Shown here piece by piece: positions 13,284-22,971 of a DNA stretch of 32,000 nt. Under the pieces are notes generated by a model. It did not search any database and was not told where the DNA came from. It worked only from the letters and a program-made list of their open reading frames with translations. The DNA comes from Zygophlyctis sp. KS116. Its lineage: Eukaryota; Fungi; Chytridiomycota. Position numbers and translations under genes: made by a program. Positions within the stretch are counted from its first letter, which is position 1; every line of letters starts with the position of its first letter. The stretch lies in assembly GCA_054661495.1 (NCBI GenBank), contig BAAFSQ010000071.1:11370-43369 (forward strand), read 5' to 3'.

Positions 13284-13429
13284 TTAAAAAAAGATGACAC
13301 GCTTTTTCTGAGAGAGAGAATGACTTTTTATAGACAAAATTCAATTCAAGAAAGACATTTATCCTCTAACAAAAACTCAAATGACCTCACTTCAAAAGTA
13401 TGGCTAAATCTCACAATTTTAATGATAAT

Positions 13430-15213
13430 TCACTTTCTACCATTGATCCAGTAAGTCGTCATTGTACCTTTTCCCTACAAAATTAATAAATAGTAATTAC
13501 CTTGATTTGCATCACATCAGGCTCACTGCAGTTAATGTTTGTATTCTTGATCAAGTTATATGTAGTTTCAGAAATATGGATCATCATGGGTTTTGATGAG
13601 GACTCCATACGTGATGCAGTGTTCACTGTATCTCCGACAATGCACCAGTGAGGATTTAACTCACCCAGAACTCCTGCAGTAATTGGTCCAGAGTTTAGAC
13701 CAATACGAATCTGAATAGCATCGCCCATAGCAGTTTTAAAGGTTTTTATCATTTCGATGATATCAATGGAAAAATTTACTGCACGGAAAGCATGATCGGC
13801 TGCTTTTTCAGGACAACCGGTCACAGCTAAATACGCATCACCAATTGTTTCGACTTTGTATACTCCCCATTTCCTTGCAATGGCATCGTATTCAATCCAC
13901 AATTTGTTTAGTGTACTCAACATATCTTTAGTAGATGTCTTTCCAGAAAGTACAGTAAAGTTTGCAATGTCAGAAAAGAATACAGTAACGTTTTCATATT
14001 CTTGAGCCTCGGTAGATTTTCCAGATTTGATTTGTTGGATTACTCTAAAAAATTATAAAATAAAATTACTCTTGAGGCATCATTCTCTCCAAAAGTTTTT
14101 CGGTATTTCCCATTTCAGTTTCCAAATCTTGGGCAATACCAGACAATAAATCGACTTTTTGATTCTGAGCTTCATCAACCGAAGCATTTATCAAAATCAG
14201 GGTCAAAAAGACCTTTGCAACAATGTCAATGCCTACATAAAGTGCTTCACCTTGACCAAAAGTAATATAGTTATATCTAACAAGACCATATACAACAGGG
14301 ACTTCAAAATTATTTAAGGAAAACTTACAACAGTTCCATGCAAACATGCAAGCTAGTCTTGAAAGTTTTAATGCTGTTTTATCCAAATTACAAGCAGTCT
14401 TTCCTTCAATTGCATCAGTAAACATATCATAGAGTCCAGTAACGACAATGCAATGCGATCCGCAAGAAATGATCAAGCAAATTTCAGACCATGGTTGCTT
14501 GAGGATCGAGGCAAGAAAGCCAGTGATGACAAGAATGTAATCATGAGTCATGGTTCGCTTTACTATCGAAGTATTTCGTGTTACATTTCCAATGAGAGCT
14601 ATCAAAGATGGGCAGCAAGTTAACCATTCTATAAATCGGCCGACATCCACAGGATATCCATTTGAATCCTTCAATGATGGAGATAGTCTCAGAAAATGTA
14701 GTACATATGTACTGGTGGCCACAATATCCACCAAAAGCAAAACCATCGCTAATCCTTTCTTCTCAGCAGTTTTTGCCGAGTTGTATCCCAAAATGGCGAA
14801 TCCTATCCCGATAATAAAGGCCGAAATGGCACATAAATAACCATAATCGGAAATTCCTCGATCAAACTTTGTTTGATATGAATATTTTGACAATGCAAAT
14901 GTAGCCAGACCCACAGTTGCCAAAAACCAGTAGGCGGTTGCGCCCTTTTGATAGCGTGCAAGAGCATTACTCTTTCTACTGCTCTGTTTAGTAGCTTGAT
15001 CTACTTTATCTCTCCAATTGAGCTTTTTCTTTGTATTAGCTGTCTGAACTTCATCTAGAATCAGTAATGATTAAAATTACCATAGTTTTCCTCTCTGTGT
15101 TTATTTGCTTTACATCCGCAATCCTCACATTTAAAAGATCCCTTTACAATAGAAAACTCAGTACAATCACAAGCATTGCAAGCACCTCTCATCACCTCAT
15201 TCATGTCCTTCAT
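13430..15213 (-). CDS. Rhodopsin-guanylyl cyclase (CyclOp/RGC family), paralog A
   Basis: N-terminus MKDMNEVMRGACNACDCTEF...CEDCGCKANKH (BeGC1-type Cys-rich start). Microbial rhodopsin with TM3 RFIEWLTCCP and TM7 DIVAKVF (Schiff-base Lys), coiled-coil linker, and class III cyclase motifs VFFSDIANFT, KVETIGDAY, PHWCIVGDTVNTASRMES, KGKGTMTTYW. Introns 15055-15080, 14302-14328, 14045-14069, 13475-13500. Confidence 0.95.
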
Positions 15214-15349
15214 ATTTTTTAATGTAAACAAACAACAATGGATTGACGGTAGGCGCCACTATGACGCACGATTACTGAAATAGATACCACATGTCTGGGT
15301 CTAGAATTACTCATGTCTTCATAAAAAATTATTTTCATGTAATGCATAT

Positions 15350-17121
15350 TTATGAATATTCTCTACCGTAAATCCAGTAAGTGTTCATAGTCCCTTTCCC
15401 CTTGATCTCCATGGTATCTTGATCAGACAAAATAAATCCACTGTCTTTGATAAGTTCATATGTTGTTTCTGATATATGTATATTCATTGCCTTGGAAGTT
15501 GATTCCATCCGTGAAGCTGTATTTACTGTATCTCCTACAATGCACCAATGAGGATTCAATTCACCTAAAATACCAGCCGTAATGGGTCCAGAATTTAAGC
15601 CAATTCGAATTTGAAGGGATTCTCCCGCGGTTGTTCTGAATTTTTTCACCATGTGAATAATATCTATTATGATTAAGCAGTCGATTCTTACCAAGAGCAA
15701 AATTAGCCGCTCTAGCAGCATGGTCAGTCGATCTTAGAGGACACCCCGTAACAGCCAAGTATGCATCTCCAATAGTCTCAACCTTGTATACACCCCATTT
15801 TTTTGCAATGGCATCGTATTCAATCCAAAGCTTATTTAAGTTAATGAGCATTTCTTTATTCTGATTATCAGTCAAGATATAAAAATACCGATAATTTTCC
15901 TGCCAGAACTGTATAGTTTGCTATATCAGAGAAGAATACTGTAACCGATTCGAATTCTTGAGCGGTGGCACTTTCACCAGATATGATTTGACTAATGACA
16001 CTAAAGTTTATAAAAGAAAATTACTCTTCGGGCATCATTCGACCTAAAAGCGTCTCAGTTTTATCTAAATCTTGAGACATTTCTTCAGCGATTCCAACCA
16101 AAACTTCAACTTTGTTGTTTTGTAGCTCTTCAACAGACGCATTTATAAGTAACATTGTAACAAAAACTTTAGACACAATATCCGCCATAGCAAACAGAAG
16201 CTCTCCAATTGGAAAACTAACAAGCTTAAATCTAACTGAAAAGAAAATGACTGGAAAGCTGGTCCAAGATAACACAGTTACTCCTCTAGTCACCAGCAAT
16301 GATAAACGGTCCAGTTTGCACATTGTTCTACCATAAATCGCATGATTAAACATCTTAAATAACCCAGATATAACATAAAAGTATGCACCAACAGCTACTG
16401 CTAATGAAATATAAGAATAGGGAGAGCGCAAAATAGCACCTAGGAACCCAGCTGAAAGTAAGATATAATCAATAGCAACTGTTTTCTTTCCATGAGTTAT
16501 ATCTCTTGTTAAGACTGAAATAAGAGAAATATATGTTGGACATGTTGCATTCCATTCAAAGAATCTGGCAAAATCTACAGGATACCCATTAACATCCCTT
16601 AGACTAGGAGTTAACCGGAAATATTTTAAGAGATGACTTAGCATTGCAATCATGTTTACAATGATTAGTATTTCACTCAGTTTCTTTCGATCATCCTTGG
16701 AGGAGAGGTATCCCATTGTAGCAAAGAATATACCCATGAAAAACACCGAGGATGCATACAAATAGACACCATCACTTATTCCTCTTCCAATCTTTTCTGG
16801 ACGATTTTGAAAAGAAGTATATGCCCAAATACTTGATGTAATCAGCCATATCATTGCAATCCTCCTTTGTGAAGCCAATAAGGCTGCCGTTCGCTGGTTT
16901 TCCATGATCTTTACAGAGTTAACTTTTTCCATATATCCCTTCTTATTGCTATTTTTCCTACCCAACAATGGCATTTGACTCTCATCCTTTGACGCAATCA
17001 GGTTCTTATGTTTTGCAGATTTACATCCGCAATCAGAGCATCGATGAGTACCATCAAATGTAAACTCTACACAGGTGCAAGACATACAAGCACCTCTCAT
17101 GACTTCCCTCTTATCTTTCAT
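15350..17121 (-). CDS. Rhodopsin-guanylyl cyclase (CyclOp/RGC family), paralog B
   Basis: N-terminus MKDKREVMRGACMSCTCVEF...CSDCGCKSAKH; TM3 RFFEWNATCP; TM7 DIVSKVF; cyclase motifs VFFSDIANYT, KVETIGDAY, PHWCIVGDTVNTASRMES, KGKGTMNTYW. Introns 16001-16024, 15861-15887, 15664-15691. Confidence 0.95.
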
Positions 17122-17303
17122 TCCGAGCCAACCGTAAACAAAGGGGTGGAAATCGGACACGGAAAGAATTGACACTTTTTATATGAGTACTCTCCAACAT
17201 ATGATGATCAGTATTATAAATATTTAATTATAAGTGATACAGATGGAGTTAATATGAAATATATATTGCAGATCTTAAATCAGCTGCAACGATCATAAGA
17301 ACC

Positions 17304-17321
17304 AAACGCCACCACGCCGCC
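17304..17321. promoter_or_regulatory. ACGCC-repeat GC island just upstream of the ATG at 17338
   Basis: aaacgccaccacgccgcc in an otherwise AT-rich divergent intergenic region. Confidence 0.5.
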
Positions 17322-17337
17322 TTATCTTATCTTCTAA

Positions 17338-17799
17338 ATGTCTGCGAAATCATCAACCGGACAGAACAAGGCTTCATGCAAGAGGTCATTCTCTTCCTTT
17401 AAAAGTGAGAATACTGAAGATGTTTTTCATGATGATAATGTCTTTGGGTTTATGGATGATAGTGATAATTGTCGGTCAAATCTCAAATCAATTGACGATT
17501 TTCCTGTTCATGATCTAACAGAAAACCCAACGTATCTGATGGAATTTGGATTCTGTAATGGATTTTTATGGAATGAAGAAGTTTTATTGGTAATATCTAG
17601 ATTTTAATCATAGTCCCCTCCATTTTCAAACTCTACGTCTTCGTCGTACTATTCATCCCAAATATCTAGTAACTCTAATCACATAATGCATTCTTCTTCA
17701 TATCCAAATAGCAAAGCCTTTCCATCATTGTTGGCAGAAAAGTTGCGTAAAAAAAGGATATCACAAGAAACAAAAGTTGCAGAAATTAGAATTGATTAA
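17338..17799 (+). CDS. Hypothetical Ser-rich protein with a basic C-terminal tail
   Basis: ORF 17338-17589 splices (intron 17590-17613, 24 nt) in frame to SPPFSNSTSSS...LLAEKLRKKRISQETKVAEIRID*. Confidence 0.55.
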
Positions 17800-19258
17800 G
17801 AATTTAACCATTCTTTTAAGCTTTCTAAACTTGTTAAATGAGATACTCCAAGTGCATTTGCAACGATTTGCCAAACAGAAGGGTCAGCATCAATCCAAGT
17901 TTTACCAAACATTTTTGAATTTTGCAGCGATAATCGCCCTATGAGATAAATGTAGTATGAATGAGGATATCTAGCAACAGAGAGCAAATTAATCGCTTGT
18001 CGAAAACTTCCAAGATTTAAGAGACATTTTAGGATTTTATCCATACATGAGCGCTCCGAATAGATTGCTAGAGCTAATTCAGGATCAATTGGGAATACAA
18101 GGTCTCCAATTTCTTCGGTAATTTGAATGTCAGACCCGAAAAATCTCCAAATACGTTCAACTGCATTCATTCCAATCAGTACTTTAGAAAACTCTAAAGA
18201 TTCAAAATCAGTCCAAGAATTTTCATTCTCATTTCTTATAGTGACTAAAAGTTCAAAATATTCTGATTGTGCAGGCTCTATGGATGCATGTAATTGATTA
18301 TTAGCATGCTTATTATACCTGTTCCAGATTGTAGGCAGAATTTCAGAGTTCCTAAATGGGCCATATGCAGGAGTTTTAACCACCTTTACTATTAAATTAA
18401 ACGTTTTACATAATCATAAAGATCCTTAAAGTTATTCTCAAAAGATTCGACTATAGCAAGAGCTTGAGAATGCGAAATTGGAGGATCAGTTGCAAAACTT
18501 GGAGAAACTCCAAGATTTTTACATTCTTTGATCATCATACTTGAGAGATACGGAGTAGATTCACTTAATGGAATCCCGTATATTTCTACTTTTTCAAGAA
18601 CAGTATACCATAAATCATCTGCCATTTGTTTCTGTTGTCTTTTATGTAAAACCAACTTTATAGAATCCCCCATTACACAATACTCTGACATATCCAACAT
18701 TTTAAGATCTGGCATATTCAGAATACTAAATATAATTGGCACTTTAATCCAATTCTTTGAATTTATTCCTACATATACTTGAATTTCCTGCGGTGCATAA
18801 ATCGGACTTGTTGCCTGATAAGCGGCTCGATATGGTCTTACTTTAACACAAGATACTAATGATAATCCAATCAGAGAAATCACAATTTCCTCATTAGAAT
18901 TTATATCCGCTGATCCAGAACTAGACCAAAAACTTGAATCATTCAATAGAATCTTGCTCACAGACTGTTGTATATTATCAGTTGATGATGCAAAATCAGC
19001 AGATTCGGCTAGAGATATCCAATCACCAATTCCTAATTTGGAAAGAGAATATAAATCCTTGAATGCTTTGTCAGGCTCTTCAAATGAATTACCAGGAAAT
19101 CGTTTATACCTTTCCAGTCTTGATATGAGCGATCGCCAAATTGGTTTTGATCGGACAGCCTTATGAAAGTAAGAATTAATCAGACTGATTTCTAGAATAG
19201 ATTCTATACAGCAATATTCCAGAATTTCTTGTAAAAGTTCAAGTGGCAATTGATTCAT
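17796..19258 (-). CDS. F-box protein with a beta-sandwich middle domain and a clathrin-heavy-chain-linker-like C-terminal domain
   Basis: F-box (MNQLPLELLQEILEYC...W) followed by ASSTDNIQQSVSKIL...SFWSSSGS...VRPYRAAYQATSPIYAP (At4g00755-type F-box domain). Intron 18384-18409 joins it in phase 0 to ORF 17796-18383 containing ESLEF...TEEIGDLVFPIDPELALAIY. Confidence 0.7.
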
Positions 19259-19270
19259 TGTCAAATTTGT

Positions 19271-20777
19271 ATGCTAAAGTTTGTGGATCTTCCAGTTGAT
19301 GTGTTATTTCTGATCGCAAAATGCATTGATGCAGGATCAATAGCAAGGCTAGCTTCTACTTGTAGAACATTTAAAACACTCTTGCAATCATTTTCCAACT
19401 TGATCTATAGAAATATCGCTAAACGAGACTTTGATTTATCCTTGCTTCCAAGGAATTTCACTTCATATCATCAGTTAGTATTAGTTCATGAATCTTTAAG
19501 AAGAAATCATTGTTTTCCAATTGAAACAGGCGAGAAAAAGAAGGTGCCACAATTCGCACATTTCTTAATTGCATGGCCGGTACATGAAAGGTCAGCGTAT
19601 TTGATTGCACTTTCAGGAAATTATCTGATATGGGTAGAATTTGAAAATATGAAGAAATTGTATGTAAAGGATCTTGGGAATTTTGACTGGGAAAAAGATG
19701 ATGTTTTACATAGAGATTATACATTAAGGGGACATACAGCTAGGATTGGGCTGATTCTGGCAAATAATGATGGTCTTTTGGTTTCATTTGATATAAGTTG
19801 TGATATTTATGTATGGGATTTGGCGGCAAAAAGATTAGAGAGAAAGATTAATACTAGAGATGAATTGGGAATGATAATGTCTATGAATTTTCAAAATGAT
19901 CGTGTTGTTTGCGCTGGTATAAATGGGAGGATTGCTGTTTGGAATGCTTTAAATGGACTCTTGATTCATTCATTTTCTATTCAAAGTACTTATTTAGATG
20001 TTTTAGATGAACACCAGTTAAATGTTAGTATATATGGTGATTTGGTTGCATTTGGTCTTTCAGATGGAAAGTTTTACATTTATAACATCTCTCAAAAAAG
20101 AATTGTCATGAGTTTTGATGTCACAAAGGAAAAAAGTCAAAGAATGTTGAGGCATGAACAAGAGCTGAATGTAATTTACGGGGTATAAGTAATCATAGGC
20201 TATTTCACCTGAACCAGGAAATTATGCACGTCAAGATAACGCCATTGAATTAAATTCAGATAGTTTGACTGGAAATAATCTTGTAGAAACTGAAGTTTTA
20301 GAGAATAATGTAGAAATTGAAATGAATATTGCAACTGATGAACATTTGGAAGACTTACAAATACTTGACGAACAAGACAATGATAGCGGCTCTGAAGACA
20401 CTGATATGATGGATCTGTTTCCTCAAAATGATTCCTCAGTTCCGTTAACTCTCTCCCTATCATCTCACTTTTTGCTTACAAATGGTCCTGATGCTTCCTG
20501 TTTGGCTCTTTGGGATCTTCGAGAAGGCAAATTAATCGGATTTCTCGACGATATGAGAATTAGTAGGATAAATCGATCAAATATAGGGCCGTTGAGATTT
20601 GCTGAAATTTCAGCGGATAGCAGTATGATTTATTCAGTAAGTGGAGATTTGATGGTTTGGAATTTTATGGATTTACAGCATTCGGAAATGAAGGGCGTTC
20701 AAAGATATTTTAGACAAGTAAGTCTTGCTTCCGGAGATGATGTTTGGATTGGATATGAAACTCATGAAACAGCATAA
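19271..20777 (+). CDS. F-box/WD40-repeat protein
   Basis: F-box FVDLPVDVLFLIAKCID..SIARLASTCRTF plus WD repeats (LRGHTARIG...IYVWD, IAVWN, LALWDL, LMVWNF). Intron 20171-20198 joins the two ORFs in frame. Confidence 0.85.
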
Positions 20778-20819
20778 AATATAATAATTCCAGAAAAATG
20801 TTGGCATACATAAAACTTA

Positions 20820-22896
20820 TCATAGATTCGGTGGCCGATTAAAAGATGGGAGAGATCCTTGCAGTTGCGCAAGCAATAGTGATACGTTTGCAGCAGGGGC
20901 GAGCTGTTGTTGAGGCAGAGGGCGCCCAGAATATAAAGGCTGTGGCTGTCCTCTCGAAGTTCCAGACATGAGATTAGCTAGCAGACCTGACCTATTGCCA
21001 TGAATATAAGATTGAGTTTGCTCTACAAGGTTAATTGGTGGCTGAGCTCTAATCTTTGGTACTGCAGGGGGATTTGGTGCATATGAACTCGAAGATGTTG
21101 GAGCTGAAGATCCAATCTTTGACCTCTTGGTGGAAGTAGAAGATGACCATGTCTGATATTTGAAAACTAATACAGCTAGTAAGGAGTCCGAAACCCTTGG
21201 AACACTTTCCTGAATAGATACATGATTCAATACTCGGACAAAATCTGGTAAGGGATCATCTTTTCCCAATGGCACTAGGTACATATCTTTTAGATTTTCT
21301 CCACGATTCGGAAGAACTCCATATCGTTGCCGGCTTGAAAAATAATCAAGCAATGTCCTATATTCTATTAAATCTTGTGAACTAGAGGAAGATTCCTCAT
21401 CATCTGGTGATCCCGGTAAGAATTCTATAACTACTATTTCCTTTGACGAAGCCTGACCACGAATATAATCAGACGCTCTTGAAATTGGAATCCGTCCTTC
21501 AATTATCAAAGAATCAGAGATGAATTTAAGCCAGTTTTTCTCATTCCCAACCCATCTGCCACCCACTTGCCGGGCATATCCGGTGAATTTACCAACTTGA
21601 GGCATTGATATCCGCCCTACATATCAATAAATATAATATTTTACCTTTCCATATGACTTCATTTCTGTCTAGCGGCTCTTCATCTACAACTTTTGGTCCT
21701 GAATACTCCGTTTCAGGTTTTGCCTTTACAGTCGAGTTCTTGTCCATTTTCGCCAGAATTTCATCCAGCGTTTCTACTTTTTTACTAATTAATGCAACAC
21801 TAGCAAGTGAAACTTGATTTATTTTTTTCTTATCGGGAACATTCACTACAGCCTCTTCAATTCTTGGTTTTTTGTAACTTGGATTAGTAGTACTTTTCAG
21901 ACTGGAAGGTTTGAAAACTGTTTTCAGAGTTGCTTCTTGTATTGATTCCACAGCACTTTTAATTTCCTTTGAAGCCAACTCCTCTGACGGTAAGCTAACT
22001 AATGAAGCAGGATTCAGTTCCCCCCTTATTATTCTTTCCTTTAATCGAATATTCCTTTTGTCCTTTAGATTGAATTGCAGACTGCGATATCGGTCTTTAT
22101 ACTACGTATTAGTAAATTAAGCGAAAATTATTGATTGAAATAGGAACCGAGCCTTATCAAAAACGCAAGTACCAAATGTATTTGTAAATTCAACAAGGCT
22201 CACTACCGTTTTAACAATCTTCATATCTTTTGCTAAGCTCAGATATGAATATTTTCTCAGAAATAAAAAATATTACAGCTGATCCACATTCCACACTTTT
22301 GTCAGGTTTAACAACAGCTAACTGATTAAAAAGTTCCTCTTCTAATTCAATTGCAAAAGCTCTAGGATCATTCAAGTCTAAAGTTTCATCAATTTCATAC
22401 TTCTTCATATCCCCTTTAACATCATCAAAAATGCCCCTAAGAGTAGCTTCAAATCCTTTCCTTGCCAATGCCCTCGCAGCAATATCATTAGTAGATTTTG
22501 GTTGTTTTTTTTCTTGAGCACCTGCCCTTCTTTTAATCTGAACCAGAGAGGCAGCATCTGAGAGCACAGGAGCATGATCTTTCCTCCTCAGAACTGAAGG
22601 CGGTGGTGGTTTCTTAACTTTTTGAATTTTGGTTTCTTGTTCGTCCGATTCTGACCCTTCATTTGCAGACTCATCAGAATGATAGACCTTCCTCTTCTTA
22701 ATAGTGTCCCATGGAATTCCGGCACAAGTTGGGCAATGATATTTTTCTATATTACGGCCTTGTGCAGCACTAATTCCCACACACCTGCCATGATACCTAA
22801 TTAACATTAATGCAAAGTATAATACCACTCTTGACAGTCATCACACTGGATCATGAATTTGCCATCATCTTCTTTTCTACAAATGCAATAATTCAT
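20820..22896 (-). CDS. BYE1: PHD finger + TFIIS central domain + SPOC domain transcription factor (BYE1/DIDO1/PHF3 family)
   Basis: [31 protein letters not shown]...YHCPTC (PHD); AIELEEELF...YKDRYRSLQFNLKDKRN...EELAS (TFIIS_M); VIWKG...MPQVGKF...IEGRIP...YFSSRQRYGV...KDMYLVP (SPOC). Confidence 0.88.
22102..22276 (-). ncRNA. Candidate structured intronic RNA inside a 175-nt intron of the BYE1-like gene
   Basis: GT-AG intron joining ECGSA to YKDRYRSL in phase 0. It contains nested inverted repeats (22220-22228/22241-22249; 22149-22160/22190-22201; 22133-22137/22215-22219). The RNA family was not recognised. Confidence 0.4.
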
Positions 22897-22971
22897 CTCA
22901 AACGGAAAAAACTCTGGACCTAAAACTGAAACAAAATCAATTTCACAAGATTTCCTAACCAGGCATCATGA

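Noticed and set aside
13430-17121. Possibility that one RGC is a near-infrared NeoR
   Set aside because: Neither TM3 (EWLTCCP, EWNATCP) has the additional Asp/Glu residues, and both have Asp rather than Glu in TM7.
17122-17175. GTG-initiated extension of RGC-B in the ORF track
   Set aside because: Paralog A and the family begin at MKD, so ATG 17121 is the likely start.
22102-22276. Intronic TPP riboswitch (CTGAGA present)
   Set aside because: The remaining TPP aptamer core (TGAT..GG.TAAT.CC.GCG) is absent, and the host is not a thiamine gene.
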